A stretch of DNA of 64,000 bases from an uncultured Nitrospinota bacterium (GCA_963707985.1 CAVPRW010000031.1:384001-448000), one strand, 5' to 3'. Positions 39,601 to 50,661 are shown, counted from the stretch's first letter. Notes: generated by a model from the letters alone, not told the origin. Numbers and translations: made by a program.

Positions 39601-42495
39601 ATGGCACAGGAGCACCACCTCACCTTCGGGCCGTTCCGTCTCGATGTCACGCACGGCCGCCTGTGGCGAGGGGACCAGGTCATAATCCTGCGTCCCAGGA
39701 CCTTGGCAATGCTCTGTTATCTGACCGCGCACCCCGGCCGCCTGGTGACCAAAGCCGAGTTGCGGCAGCACGTGTGGGCGGGGGTGCACGTCACGGACAC
39801 GGTGCTACGGGTGTCAGTGCAGGAGATTCGGGCGGCATTGGGCGACGCGGCGGACGCGCCGCAGTACCTCGAAACGGTTGGACGAAAGGGCTATCGGTTT
39901 CTCGTCGGCGACGACCGGGAGGGCTTCCCCCCGCTGCTGGCCGGACCCCTCGTCGGTCGCCAATGCGAAGTCGACGCCTTGGAACAGTGTTTCCAGCACG
40001 CGGCCCATGGCGTCCGTCAGCTTGTTTTTGTCAGCGGCGAAGCGGGGGTGGGTAAGACGACGGTGGTGGAGCTGTGGCTGGCCCGCCTGGCCGCCGGGAG
40101 AGGGGTGCGGATCGCGCGGGGCCAGTGTGTCGAGCATTATGGGGAGGGGGAACCGTACCTGCCACTGTTGGAGGCGTTGGGGCAACTCAGCCGTGGGCCA
40201 GGTTCCCAGGACGTGGTGGCCGCCTTTCGGCGGTATGCGCCGATGTGGCTGGTCCAATGGCCATGGCTGCTGCCCGAGACGGAGCTAGAGCGCCTGCAGC
40301 GCCAGCTCCAGGGGGCGACCTCGGCCCGCATGCTGCGCGAGCTCGCCGAGGCCCTCGACGTGCTGACCGCCGAGACGCCGCTGGTGCTGGTCCTCGAAGA
40401 CCTGCACTGGAGTGATCCCCCCACCATCGAGTGTCTGAACTATGTGGCCCAGCGGCGGGTCCCCGCACGGCTGCTAGTGCTGGGGACCTATCGCCCGGTG
40501 GAGACCGCGATCCAGCAGCATCCGCTGCGGCATATCGTGCAGGAGCTGCGTGGGCGGGGACACGCGGTAGAATTGCGCCTGGAGTTGTTACCTGCCGAGG
40601 ACGTATCAGCCTATGTCGCCGGGCGCCTGGGGGGGCCGGTGTCCACCCGACTCGCGGCCTTCATCTATGAGCGTACGGAGGGCCATGCGCTGTTCCTGGT
40701 GAACATCGTGGAGCACCTGGTGAGCCAGGGGCTGGTGGTGCGTCGCGAGGGGCAGTGGACACTCCGGGAAGGGAGTGAGGCCAAAGTGGGCAGCCTGCCG
40801 GAGGGGCTGCGGCAGTTGGTGGTCCGGCGCCTGGAGGATCTACCGTCCGAAGACCGGCGGGTGCTGGAGGCTGCCAGTGTGGCGGGCGAACAATTTACGG
40901 TGGCGGCGGTGGCGGCGGGGACCCAGTGCCCGGTGGAGGACGTCGAAGCGTCGTGTGAAGGGCTGGCGGCGCAGCGCCAGTTCCTCGCCGACATCGGCCT
41001 GCGGGAGTGGCCGGATGGGACTAGCAGTGGGCGCTACCAATTTCCGCATGCGCTCTACCGGCAGGTGCTGTATGAGGGGCTGGGGTCGGCGCGACGACGG
41101 CACTTGCACTACCGCATGGGCCTGCGCCTGGAGGCGGGGTATGGCGCGCAGACGGGGGAGGCCGCTGCCCAGTTGGCCGTCCACTTCGAGCGTGGCGGTG
41201 AGATCCCCAGGGCCGTCCACTATTGGCAGCAGGTGGGGGACAATGCCGCCCGGCGCAATGTCCATTCCGAAGCCATCGTCGCTCTCAACAAAGGGCTGAC
41301 GCTCCTGGGAACCCTGCCGGAGAGCCCAGAGCGCACCCAGCACGAGCTCGCGCTGCAGCTCGACCTGGGGGAGCTGCTGAGGGCGACGAAGGGGGTGGGA
41401 TCCCCGGCTGTGGGCGAGGCCTACACCCGGGCCTATACCCTCTGCCAGCAGACGGGGGAGACGTCGCAGCTCGCTCGAGTCCTCTGGGGGCTCTCGCAGT
41501 TTCAGATGAACCAGGGGCAGGTGGCTACCGCGGGGATGTTGGCTCAGCAACTGCTCGATCTGGCGCAGTGCCAGCCCGACACGGAGTTCTTGGTGGAGGG
41601 GCATTTTCTGATGGGGATGATGGCCTTCTATCGGGGGGACTTCCTCACCGCTAGGTCCCACCTGGAGCAGAGCTGGCGCCTGTCTGACACCTTACCGTCT
41701 CCAACCACGATCCTGCGTGGTGGATTTGTCGGTGGGGTCACCCCGCGCATCTCGCTGGCGCGGGTGCTGTGGGTGTTAGGCTATGCCGACGAGGCCCAGC
41801 AGCGAAGTCAGGAGGCCCTGGTGCTGGCCCGGCAGGGGGCACATCTCCCCAGTCTGGCCTATGCGGAATGCTTTGTGGGCCTCGTCTGCCAGTGCCGCCG
41901 AGATGTGGCGGCGACCCAGGCGCATGCCGACGCCTTGATGGCCCTGGCCGCCGCGCAACAATGGCCGCTCCGCGCCGAGCAGGGGCGCATCTTGCAGGGG
42001 TGGGCCCGGGCCATGCAAGGAGAGGCGGCCGCCGGCGTGGCGCTTCTCCGCCAAGCCTTGGCCTCTCATCACCTGGGACCAGCGGCACTGCGCCCCCATT
42101 GGCTGGCCTTGCTGGCCGAGGCATACGGCCGAGCCGGACAGCCCGAGTCTGGGCTCCAGGTCTTAGCTGAGGGCGTAGCGCTGTTGGCCACGACCGAGGC
42201 GTGGTGGTCGGAAGCCGAAATGTTGAGGTTGCAGGGAGAGTTACAGCTCCTCCTTACGAGCCCCGATGTCCCCCAGGCGGAAGCCTGCTTCCAGCAAGCC
42301 CTCGCCGTGGCCCGCGGCCAGCAGGCGAAGGCGTTGGAGCTGCGCGCGGCGCTCAGCCTGGGTCGGTTGTGGCAGCAGCAGGGTAAGCGGCAAGCCACCC
42401 GTGAGCTCCTGGCACCCATCTACGGCTGGTTCACCGAGGGCTTTGATACCGCGGACTTGCAGGAAGCGCAAGCGTTACTGACGGCGTTGACCTAG
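39601..42495 (+). CDS. OmpR/PhoB-type wHTH + STAND/AAA ATPase + TPR transcriptional regulator
   Basis: FGPFRLD...LVTK.EL...VW...IRAALGD....YLETV.RKGYRF; Walker A GEAGVGKT; Walker B LVLEDLHW; TPR tail WFTEGFDT.DL. Confidence 0.92.
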   Translation: MAQEHHLTFGPFRLDVTHGRLWRGDQVIILRPRTLAMLCYLTAHPGRLVTKAELRQHVWAGVHVTDTVLRVSVQEIRAALGDAADAPQYLETVGRKGYRFLVGDDREGFPPLLAGPLVGRQCEVDALEQCFQHAAHGVRQLVFVSGEAGVGKTTVVELWLARLAAGRGVRIARGQCVEHYGEGEPYLPLLEALGQLSRGPGSQDVVAAFRRYAPMWLVQWPWLLPETELERLQRQLQGATSARMLRELAEALDVLTAETPLVLVLEDLHWSDPPTIECLNYVAQRRVPARLLVLGTYRPVETAIQQHPLRHIVQELRGRGHAVELRLELLPAEDVSAYVAGRLGGPVSTRLAAFIYERTEGHALFLVNIVEHLVSQGLVVRREGQWTLREGSEAKVGSLPEGLRQLVVRRLEDLPSEDRRVLEAASVAGEQFTVAAVAAGTQCPVEDVEASCEGLAAQRQFLADIGLREWPDGTSSGRYQFPHALYRQVLYEGLGSARRRHLHYRMGLRLEAGYGAQTGEAAAQLAVHFERGGEIPRAVHYWQQVGDNAARRNVHSEAIVALNKGLTLLGTLPESPERTQHELALQLDLGELLRATKGVGSPAVGEAYTRAYTLCQQTGETSQLARVLWGLSQFQMNQGQVATAGMLAQQLLDLAQCQPDTEFLVEGHFLMGMMAFYRGDFLTARSHLEQSWRLSDTLPSPTTILRGGFVGGVTPRISLARVLWVLGYADEAQQRSQEALVLARQGAHLPSLAYAECFVGLVCQCRRDVAATQAHADALMALAAAQQWPLRAEQGRILQGWARAMQGEAAAGVALLRQALASHHLGPAALRPHWLALLAEAYGRAGQPESGLQVLAEGVALLATTEAWWSEAEMLRLQGELQLLLTSPDVPQAEACFQQALAVARGQQAKALELRAALSLGRLWQQQGKRQATRELLAPIYGWFTEGFDTADLQEAQALLTALT

Positions 42496-42786
42496 AGAGG
42501 GTTAGGGCCTGCGGGGAGACGTCTCAGCGTCCCTAGGCATGCATGCGTAACATGTGATGACGTGACCAGATCGTCGTGCCTCTGTCCCCTCACTTTCAGG
42601 TGACCGATTGATCTCATGAGCAGGTCACCCCCACTTACCTGTGGCAACCCTCATCGTTTTCCCGTCGATATCATCAAGCACCGCGGCTAGAGCGGCTGCG
42701 TACACTTTTGACTTGACACTGTGTCGAAGGGGGCATATCGTAAGCGGCATCTGCCTCGATCGATTATTCGCTCGCATACGATTGGA

Positions 42787-42861
42787 GCGGGAGTAATTCA
42801 GGGGTAGAATGCCAGCTTCCCAAGCTGGACGTGGCGGGTTCGAATCCCGTCTCCCGCTCCA
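42787..42861 (+). tRNA. tRNA-Gly (CCC)
   Basis: GCGGGAG acceptor stem, anticodon arm CCAGC-TTCCCAA-GCTGG, GGTTCGAATCC T-arm, encoded CCA. Confidence 0.97.
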
Positions 42862-43096
42862 TAATCGAACTACCAAGCCGGAACTTGCCAAAACTCCGAT
42901 GGGTCATTATCCTGTCCCACATTAGCAAGCAACGGTCTTGGCTGCCCAGTGGTGCGCCCTCCCTCACCCTAGGGCCTGGCGATCAGTGGCGCGGAGATGA
43001 ATCGTAAGACCACCCCTCCTCAGGACCAAGCGTCCATTCACGCCCGAGTATCTCGACGAACCTTAAACTCTCTATATCACAGATGGGAGAGTTGCG

Positions 43097-43879
43097 ATGA
43101 ATCGATTGTGGATCGTTATGACGGTATTACTCTTGATGCTGCCACTCAGGGTCGATCTTACCCAGGGAGCCGACGAAGCCCCCCTCCCCCAGGACTCTAC
43201 TCCCCCACCCAATCTGTCAGGTCGTCCCTCCGGACCGGAAGAGAACAACCATAAAGCCTCTTATCGCCTGGACTTCTCTGATTATCGCGGGGGTCCGCTT
43301 GAGACATGGCTTGAATCCAAAGGCTTCAAATTCGAGGAAGCCGCAAAGAATCCCGAGGCGCTCAAACTGTCGGTGCAGGATGGAGGACTGATCGTTGAAG
43401 CGAAAGAGCAGTTACGCGGGTTTCTGTTCAAAGACTCCATGGAAATCAAGAACTTCTCGAAAGTTAGACTCGAGTGGGGGATTCTCAAATATCCACAGGG
43501 CGCTTCCTATGAGAACCGTATACGTAATGAAGCCTTGATGGTTTATATTTCGTTTGGTCATGAGAAAATCCCCAGCGGCCTTCTTCTTCTCCCAGATGTG
43601 CCTTATTTTATAGGTTTGTTTCTGTGTAAAGATGATCAACTCAACACACCGTATATTGGCAAATATTATCAAGAGGGGGGACGTTTTGTCTGTTTAGCGC
43701 ACGCTGAGCCGCAACAAACCATTGTTTCCGAGTTCGACCTGGTGACAGCGTTCCGAACCTATTTCGACAAGGGGGAAGTTCCTCCGATATCTGGCATCAA
43801 TCTTGGGGTCGATACTTCAGACGCTGGCGACGGGGGGAAGGCAGCGGCCTATGTCAAATCTATTGAGTTCATTCCCTAA
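43097..43879 (+). CDS. Exported hypothetical protein (DUF3047-like)
   Basis: Signal peptide; L.W.I.KYP, A..VYI.F, ISGI.L.VDT; visibly more AT-rich than the flanks. Confidence 0.65.
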   Translation: MNRLWIVMTVLLLMLPLRVDLTQGADEAPLPQDSTPPPNLSGRPSGPEENNHKASYRLDFSDYRGGPLETWLESKGFKFEEAAKNPEALKLSVQDGGLIVEAKEQLRGFLFKDSMEIKNFSKVRLEWGILKYPQGASYENRIRNEALMVYISFGHEKIPSGLLLLPDVPYFIGLFLCKDDQLNTPYIGKYYQEGGRFVCLAHAEPQQTIVSEFDLVTAFRTYFDKGEVPPISGINLGVDTSDAGDGGKAAAYVKSIEFIP

Positions 43880-44037
43880 GCGTCTGTGACTGCTGATTTC
43901 CCTGAGCTCGGAGGGCCATTCTGAGGCAGATGTCGATGGCGGATTGAGTCCAGGCACCGCTTTCGAGTATGATAGGAGAAGATCTCTACTCATTTCTATC
44001 CTCAAAGCATAGTCTTGCGGCCACCAGGAGGACGATC

Positions 44038-45207
44038 ATGAAGTTGAGTCTGGCCTATGAAATGCAGCGGCCGACACTGGATGACCATGCGGTCATCGAC
44101 GAAACCATCGAGCAATGCGTCCTGGCTGATGAGATGGGATTCGACTACGTGTGGTTCGTGGAGCACCATTTTCTTACGGGATTTTCGATGTCGCCCTGCC
44201 CGGAGGTCATCTTCGGCGCCTTGAGCAAACTCACGAAGCGCATTCGGTTGGGGTTCGGAGTGGTGATCCTGCCATATCATCACCCCGTGCGGGTGGCAGA
44301 ACGGGTGGCCATGGTCGATCATCTGTCTAACGGGCGTGTGGACTTCGGCACCGGCCGCTCCGCCCCCTATGAGCAGACCGGCATGGGGATCGACCCGCGT
44401 GAGACGCGCGAGATGTGGGAAGAGTCGCTGATGATGGTGCCGAAAATCTGGGAGAAGGGTTTATTCTCCTGGGAAGGCAAGTTCTGGCAAGTGCCGCCGC
44501 GTGAGGTACTGCCCAAGCCATTCCAGAATCCACATCCACCGATCTGGGTGGCGGCCATGCAACCCTCGACCTATGAGCTGGCGGCCGAGAAGGGCATTGG
44601 GGTGATGGCTCTTGGGGTGAGTGCTCCCTCCGTGCTGGCGCCCCACATCAAGGCTTATCATGAGAACGTGCGCCGGGCGAAACCCGTTGGCGCTTTCATT
44701 AATGATCAGTGGCTGAGCTCCACCATGGCCTACTGTGGCGAGGATAATAAAGCTGCCCGTGAGCTGGCCGCCAAGTCGCTCAAAACCTTCTTTGGCCCGG
44801 ATCGGCCGTACCTGAAGGATCAGGTAAACATTTACGAACGCCTCATCGAACAATGGGGTGGAGTGCCCGACCACTTGAAAGCTAATTTCGCACGCTACAT
44901 CAAGAAAGATGAGCTGAGCACCGGCGACGCCCCAGCAGTCGATCTCTCCGGCGGTTCGGGGGCCATCGCCCAGGCGATTTGGAATCAGCTGGATGCCGAT
45001 ACCCTGGCGGAGCGGGCGGTCATTGTGGCCGGCGACCCGGAAAGTTGCCTCCATGCTATCAGGCTACACGAGGCGACCGGAGTGGATCAATTACAATTCC
45101 TGATCGCCACGGAGACCATTCCCCACGCACAAGTGATGTCGTCGATCGAACTCTTCGGGAAGTACGTCATTCCTGAGCTGCGCCAGCCGAGTCGCGCCGG
45201 CACCTAG
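44038..45207 (+). CDS. LLM-class (luciferase-like) flavin-dependent oxidoreductase
   Basis: GFDYVWFVEHHF, HPVRVAE..A.VD.LS.GRV.FG.GR, PKP.Q.PHPP.W.A. Confidence 0.93.
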   Translation: MKLSLAYEMQRPTLDDHAVIDETIEQCVLADEMGFDYVWFVEHHFLTGFSMSPCPEVIFGALSKLTKRIRLGFGVVILPYHHPVRVAERVAMVDHLSNGRVDFGTGRSAPYEQTGMGIDPRETREMWEESLMMVPKIWEKGLFSWEGKFWQVPPREVLPKPFQNPHPPIWVAAMQPSTYELAAEKGIGVMALGVSAPSVLAPHIKAYHENVRRAKPVGAFINDQWLSSTMAYCGEDNKAARELAAKSLKTFFGPDRPYLKDQVNIYERLIEQWGGVPDHLKANFARYIKKDELSTGDAPAVDLSGGSGAIAQAIWNQLDADTLAERAVIVAGDPESCLHAIRLHEATGVDQLQFLIATETIPHAQVMSSIELFGKYVIPELRQPSRAGT

Positions 45208-45309
45208 GCCTGCCTTGCGCCGCCTGTCGGCCCTATGCTAGTATGCGGGGTATTTCCGCGGTCCATCAGCCTTCGACGCCTGAGGAGAGGCGTATCATGA
45301 GGAGTAGCC

Positions 45310-45552
45310 ATGACTGATCTCTGGCACGAATTGCTTGTCACCGAGGAAAATGAAAAGTTGGCGGCATTTCAGCGCAAGGCCGATAGGATTGCCTTTCTGA
45401 TCGTCGCGTCGGACTATGAGCGTATCGACGTCGAGATCGAGAAAGCGGAGTTGCGCGAGGAGTGCGCCCGACAGTTCCCGGACAAGCTGGAGCTGTATGA
45501 CATGATCTATGAAAGCCGCTTTCAGCGCCTCTGGGAACAATTTCGCGATTGA
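45310..45552 (+). CDS. Hypothetical protein (80 aa)
   Basis: SD GAGGAG; in an operon with tatD; FPDK.ELY.MIYESRF.RLWEQFR. Confidence 0.8.
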   Translation: MTDLWHELLVTEENEKLAAFQRKADRIAFLIVASDYERIDVEIEKAELREECARQFPDKLELYDMIYESRFQRLWEQFRD

Positions 45553-45567
45553 GGAGTCCGCACGACG

Positions 45568-46347
45568 ATGCCGCTCATCGATACGCATATTCACCTCACC
45601 TCGCCACGCTATACTGACCTCCCAGGCCTTGTTGTTCGTGCCCAACGCGCCGGCATCGGAGGAGTGGTGGCGGCAGCGGTAGACGAAGCCACCTCGTACC
45701 AGGTTCTGTCGATGTGCGCCGCGTTTCCCGCGTTCATCCATGGTGGACTTGGGGTGCATCCCGAGCGCTCGATCGCTGATGACGAGAGCGAACGCGTGAT
45801 CGACCTGATTCGGCGGGAACGCGCCCGGGTGGTGGCCATCGCTGAGGTAGGGCTCCCCTGGTACACGATCCGTGAACGACTGGACCGTGAGACGCTGATT
45901 GCCGCTGCAAAGCCACGGCTCCAACGATTCTTGCAGGTGGCTCGGGAGCTCGACTTGGCTGTCGTCCTTCATGCGCCACATGAAACCGCCGCACACGCCC
46001 TGTCCCTGCTGAGGGCAGAGCGCGTCGAGCGCGCTGTGTTCCATTGGCACAAGGCGTCACCCGAAGTGACCCGCGCCATCGTTGAAGCGGGGTATTACAT
46101 CTCGGTGACCCCCGAAACCTGTTATCGCGAGCGCGATCAGGCGCTCGTCGACGCCGTTCCCCTGAATCATCTAGTGATCGAGACCGATGGACCGTGGCCG
46201 TACAACGGTGAGTTCGAGGGGCGCCCTACCGAACCTACGTTCCTCGGCCGGATCGTCGATGCGATCGCCCTGATCAAGGGGGTGGTATCGGAGCAGGTGG
46301 GGGAAATTGTCGCCACGAACACCAGGCGGTTATTTCGTTTGCCGTGA
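45568..46347 (+). CDS. tatD: TatD-family hydrolase
   Basis: IDTHIH, GVHP, AIAEVGL, VLH, FHW, IETDGP. Confidence 0.92.
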   Translation: MPLIDTHIHLTSPRYTDLPGLVVRAQRAGIGGVVAAAVDEATSYQVLSMCAAFPAFIHGGLGVHPERSIADDESERVIDLIRRERARVVAIAEVGLPWYTIRERLDRETLIAAAKPRLQRFLQVARELDLAVVLHAPHETAAHALSLLRAERVERAVFHWHKASPEVTRAIVEAGYYISVTPETCYRERDQALVDAVPLNHLVIETDGPWPYNGEFEGRPTEPTFLGRIVDAIALIKGVVSEQVGEIVATNTRRLFRLP

Positions 46348-46428
46348 CCAGCGGAAGGCCATCGTTCTCGCGACGTAGGCGCTGGGCTGGAGCTATATCT
46401 GTGGACGACAGCAGAGAAAGGGTCGCAC

Positions 46429-46887
46429 ATGGCGGATGCAAAAATTGCTGGGCCGTTTACCCGGATCTTGGTCGCAACGAGGGGGGCGCCCTGGTCCGAT
46501 CGGGCACTGCAGTTGGGCGTGCGGATGGCAAAAGCTTATCAGCTCGAGTTGGTCATAATCGCTGTGCTGACGCCCACATATGAGCCCCAGAAGAAGGCCG
46601 CCTGGGGGATCGGCGCGGCGTTGGAAGTGGGCACGGATGTCCGACAAGTCGCCCAGCGCGTGCTGGAGCAGGCGTCGGACCTGGCGAAAGCGCATGGGCT
46701 TACATACGTCTGTGAAACGCGCTCAGGACGCCCGGCGGAGGAGATCATCAAGGCTGCGGAAGAGCATCAGTGTGACCTTATTCTCATCGGCTCGCATGGC
46801 GAGAGCGGTGAGCGGCGTGTCACCATGGGCGAGACCGGCAATGTGGTGGTCCTGAAAGCGCCGATTCCCGTAATAGTGGTGAAATAG
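46429..46887 (+). CDS. Universal stress protein
   Basis: F.RILVAT.G, G.PAEEI...A....DLI.IGSHG, V..KAPIPV.VV. Confidence 0.92.
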   Translation: MADAKIAGPFTRILVATRGAPWSDRALQLGVRMAKAYQLELVIIAVLTPTYEPQKKAAWGIGAALEVGTDVRQVAQRVLEQASDLAKAHGLTYVCETRSGRPAEEIIKAAEEHQCDLILIGSHGESGERRVTMGETGNVVVLKAPIPVIVVK

Positions 46888-46904
46888 CGCGACGGGGGAA
46901 AACG

Positions 46905-47264
46905 ATGACCGCACAACCGATCATCTTTTATCACAAAGCCACCTGAACGACGTGCCGCAAAGCAAGAAGTTTCTTGCGAGACCTCGGAGGCCAATTGCAG
47001 GAGCGCGATCTGGGTAAAGAACCGCTGAGCGAAGACGAGATCGAAGCGTTAATTGGTAATGCCGACGTGATGGAATTCCTCAATACGCGCTCGGCCTCCT
47101 ATCGACAACAGGGATTCAAGAAGCAACCACCGACCAAGACACAAGCCATCGCGCTCATGGCCCAGGATCCCAATCTCATCAAGCGCCCGATCACAGTGAA
47201 GGGTCACACGAAAGTGCTTGGCTTCGATCAGGCGCGGCTACGAGCCTTAGTGAGTTCCTCATAG
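46905..47264 (+). CDS. ArsC/Spx-family protein with in-frame TGA (U-T-T-C), probable selenoprotein
   Basis: ATG at 46905 reads MTAQPIIFYHKAT-TGA(46944-46946)-TTCRKARSFL, in frame with ORF 46974-47264 (P.LIKRPI...LGF). Confidence 0.85.
46962..46977 (+). promoter_or_regulatory. Candidate bacterial SECIS hairpin
   Basis: GCAAGA-AGTT-TCTTGC; the G-containing loop begins 21 nt after the UGA. Confidence 0.6.
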
Positions 47265-47268
47265 GGCT

Positions 47269-48045
47269 TTACCCCGCCCAGCTCTTGCGTGAGGCTTTGC
47301 TGCCCTTCAGGATGCTGGCTTTAATATAGTCTCGGTTCAAGCGCCCAATGAAATCGATGCTAATCTCCTTGGGGCACGCGGCTTCGCACTCGCCAATGTT
47401 CGTGCAGCTGCCAAAGAACTCCTGCTCGGCCCTGGCCATCATCGACAGCACCCGGTGATAGCGCTCCGGCTGCCCATGAGGCAGTAATCCAAGGTGCGAG
47501 ACCTTCGCAGCTGTGAATAGCATGGCCGAAGCATTGGGGCAGGCCGCCACGCAGGCGCCACAGCCGATGCACTCCGCGGCATCCATAGAGAGCTCGGCAT
47601 CTTCTTTGGACACCGGCAGACTGTTCGCCTCAGGGGCACCGCCAGTCGATACCGAGATGAAGCCACCTGACTGAATGATCCGGTCGAACGCACTGCGGTT
47701 CACGACGAGATCCTTAATCACCGGGAAAGCCTTGGCACGCCATGGTTCAAGGTAGAGGGTATCGCCGTCCTTGAAGCTGCGCATGTGGAGCTGGCACACG
47801 GTGGTACCACGACGTGGACCATGGGCGATGCCGTTGATCACGAAGCCACACATGCCGCAGATGCCCTCGCGGCAGTCATGATCGAAGGCGATGGGCTCCT
47901 CACCTCTGGCGATCAACCCCTCATTCACCACATCGAGCATCTCCAGGAAGGACATATCCGGACTGATATTCCTGGCCTCGTACTGCACGAAACCACCCTT
48001 GTCATGGGCGTGCTTCTGTCGCCACACATGTAACGTGAGGTTCAT
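47269..48045 (-). CDS. sdhB: Succinate dehydrogenase/fumarate reductase Fe-S subunit
   Basis: [33 protein letters not shown]. Confidence 0.97.
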   Translation of the reverse strand: MNLTLHVWRQKHAHDKGGFVQYEARNISPDMSFLEMLDVVNEGLIARGEEPIAFDHDCREGICGMCGFVINGIAHGPRRGTTVCQLHMRSFKDGDTLYLEPWRAKAFPVIKDLVVNRSAFDRIIQSGGFISVSTGGAPEANSLPVSKEDAELSMDAAECIGCGACVAACPNASAMLFTAAKVSHLGLLPHGQPERYHRVLSMMARAEQEFFGSCTNIGECEAACPKEISIDFIGRLNRDYIKASILKGSKASRKSWAG

Positions 48046-49958
48046 TACTTGTAGCTCCGCTGGGTCAGATGCGCATTCTCAAACGTCAAGGGTTCCTTGT
48101 GCAGGATCGGTTGTTTGCCGACGCCAGCGAACTCCCAGGCAGCGACGTGGCAATAGTTCAGATCGTCGCGCAGCGGCTCACCCTCAGGGGTTTGATATTC
48201 CTCGCGGAAATGCGCGCCGCAGGATTCATTCCGTTCCAAGGCATCGATGCACATCAGCTCGGCAAATTCTAAAAAGTCTGCCACTCGCCCGGCTTTCTCC
48301 AGGGATTGATTGAGTTCTTCCTGGTCTCCGGGTACGAGAACATTGTGCCAGAACTCTTCACGCAGCTCGGGAATTCGCCGCAATGCATCCTTCAAGCCGG
48401 TAGCAGTCCGGCCCATGCCACAATGATCCCAGAGCAACTTTCCAAGCTCGCGATGGATGGAGTCGACCGTGCGTTTGCCCTTGATCCCGAGGAGCCGGCT
48501 GATTTTTTCGCGAACTTCGCCCTCCACCTCCCTAAAGGCAGCATGATTGGCATCGACCTTCGGAAACTTCGCCTGTGCCAAGTAATCGCCGATGGTGTAG
48601 GGCAGAACAAAGTAGCCATCGGCCAGGCCCTGCATCAGCGCACTCGCACCCAGGCGATTGGCGCCGTGGTCGGAGAAGTTGGCCTCACCGATGACGTACA
48701 ACCCTGGAATGGTACTCATTAAGTTATAGTCGACCCATAATCCGCCCATCGTGTAATGGATCGCCGGATAGATGCGCATGGGCACCTTATAGGGGTTCTC
48801 GCCCGTGATGCGCTCATACATCTCGAACAGATTGCCGTAGCGCTCGCGGATGATTTGTTCGCCTAAGCGCTTGATCGCATCGCCGAAGTCGAGGTATACC
48901 CCCTGGCCACCGGGCCCGACACCTCGGCCTTCATCGCACACGCGCTTGACAGCCCGGGAGGCGACGTCACGCGGCACCAGGTTGCCAAAACTCGGGTACA
49001 TGCGTTCGAGAAAGTAATCGCGGCCCTCTGCCGGGATCTGCTCGGGCGACCGCGTCTCTCCCTGCTTATTCGGCACCCAGACGCGTCCATCGTTGCGCAG
49101 CGACTCGCTCATCAGGGTCAGCTTGGACTGGTGCTCGCCGGTCACCGGAATGCATGTAGGGTGGATTTGCGTAAAGCAGGGGTTGGCATAAGCCGCCCCG
49201 CGTTTGTGCGCACGCCAGATGGCGGTGACGTTACACCCCTTGGCGTTGGTCGACAGGTAAAAGGCATTGCCATAGCCCCCGGTTCCAAGGACCACGGCAT
49301 CGGCCTCGTGGGAGTCGATCTGGCCGGTCACGAGATTGCGTGTCACAATGCCACGCGCCTGGCCGTCGATGAGCACGAGGTCGAGCATCTCCGTACGAGG
49401 GTACATCTGCACCTGGCCAGCGCTGATTTGACGGGCCAGGGCCTGATAGGCTCCGAGCAAGAGTTGCTGCCCCGTTTGTCCCCGGCAGTAGAAGGTACGG
49501 GACACTTGTGCGCCGCCGAACGAACGTGTATCGAGCAATCCGGCGTATTCACGGGCAAATGGCACGCCCTGCGCCACACACTGGTCGATGATGTGGACGC
49601 TGATCTGCGCTAAACGATAGACGTTGGCCTCGCGGGAGCGATAATCGCCCCCTTTCACCGTGTCATAGAACAGACGATAGATGCTGTCTCCATCGTTACG
49701 ATAGTTTTTGGCAGCGTTGATGCCGCCCTGCGCGGCGATGCTGTGGGCACGGCGCGGGCTATCCTGGAAGCAGAAACATTTGACCTGATAGCCCAACTCG
49801 GCCAGCGACGCAGCGGAGGCCGCGCCGGCAAGTCCTGAGCCGACGACGATGATGTTGTACCGGCGCTTGTTGGCAGGGTTGACCAGCTTCATCTCGAAGC
49901 GATGTTTCTCCCATTTCTGCTCGATTGGACCGTCAGGGATGTTGGCGCGGAGTTCCAT
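48045..49958 (-). CDS. sdhA: Succinate dehydrogenase/fumarate reductase flavoprotein subunit
   Basis: [39 protein letters not shown]. Confidence 0.97.
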   Translation of the reverse strand: MELRANIPDGPIEQKWEKHRFEMKLVNPANKRRYNIIVVGSGLAGAASAASLAELGYQVKCFCFQDSPRRAHSIAAQGGINAAKNYRNDGDSIYRLFYDTVKGGDYRSREANVYRLAQISVHIIDQCVAQGVPFAREYAGLLDTRSFGGAQVSRTFYCRGQTGQQLLLGAYQALARQISAGQVQMYPRTEMLDLVLIDGQARGIVTRNLVTGQIDSHEADAVVLGTGGYGNAFYLSTNAKGCNVTAIWRAHKRGAAYANPCFTQIHPTCIPVTGEHQSKLTLMSESLRNDGRVWVPNKQGETRSPEQIPAEGRDYFLERMYPSFGNLVPRDVASRAVKRVCDEGRGVGPGGQGVYLDFGDAIKRLGEQIIRERYGNLFEMYERITGENPYKVPMRIYPAIHYTMGGLWVDYNLMSTIPGLYVIGEANFSDHGANRLGASALMQGLADGYFVLPYTIGDYLAQAKFPKVDANHAAFREVEGEVREKISRLLGIKGKRTVDSIHRELGKLLWDHCGMGRTATGLKDALRRIPELREEFWHNVLVPGDQEELNQSLEKAGRVADFLEFAELMCIDALERNESCGAHFREEYQTPEGEPLRDDLNYCHVAAWEFAGVGKQPILHKEPLTFENAHLTQRSYK

Positions 49959-49976
49959 GTTGTTAAACCTCCCAAC

Positions 49977-50633
49977 TCAGGAGATGAGGCCCGCCAGGAC
50001 GGCCATCGGGATGGAGATGAAGCCGATGGCGATGGCCAATGTGGCCATCGCCGCGAGCCGGTGGATAATCTTGTCGCTCTTGGGGGTGATCAGGCCCAGC
50101 GTCTGGAACAGACTCCAAACCCCGTGCCACAGGTGAAATGCCAGCGCGACCATGGCGACGATGTAGAAGAGAGCAACCGGCCAGACGCGAAAACCGCTGA
50201 TGACGTTGCGATACACATCGTGGAGATCAAACTGCGGATGCACGCTGCCGGTGGTGAAGTGCAGTAAATGATAGACCACGAACACGGCGATGATTGGCCC
50301 GCTCCAGCGCATGGTGCGTGCAGCGTAATCGGCCTGAATGACATCTTTATAGTGGTACCCCTCAGGCCGACTGCGCAGGCTCACACGCGTGAGCTGAACG
50401 GCAGCCACGATGTGCAAGATCACCGCCACCAGGAGCACGATGCGCACCCCCCAGAGTAACACCGCGTTGGCTTTCAGCATCGCAGCATAGGCGTTCATCT
50501 GGTTGGCGCCGATGAACACTTGCAGGTTGCCCAGCATGTGGCCAATGACAAACCCGAAGAGGATCAGACCGGTAATGGCCATCACCACCTTCTTGCCAAT
50601 AGAGGTGTTGTAGAACGTCAGCCCCCGAGTCAT
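49977..50633 (-). CDS. sdhC: Succinate dehydrogenase cytochrome b subunit (b558 type)
   Basis: SIGKK.VMAITG, HM.GNL, HL.HG.WS.FQTLG; five TM. Confidence 0.95.
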   Translation of the reverse strand: MTRGLTFYNTSIGKKVVMAITGLILFGFVIGHMLGNLQVFIGANQMNAYAAMLKANAVLLWGVRIVLLVAVILHIVAAVQLTRVSLRSRPEGYHYKDVIQADYAARTMRWSGPIIAVFVVYHLLHFTTGSVHPQFDLHDVYRNVISGFRVWPVALFYIVAMVALAFHLWHGVWSLFQTLGLITPKSDKIIHRLAAMATLAIAIGFISIPMAVLAGLIS

Positions 50634-50661
50634 CTCTACTCCCTCAATGATCGCCCCACAC

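Noticed and set aside
42787..42861. tRNA-Gly as the integration site of the island
   Set aside because: The accessory region lies 5' of the tRNA, and I found no duplicated tRNA 3' end and no tyrosine or serine integrase in the window.
42783..42861. 5' leader TGGA pairing with the tRNA 3' TCCA
   Set aside because: Only a 4-bp extension of the acceptor stem; not distinctive.
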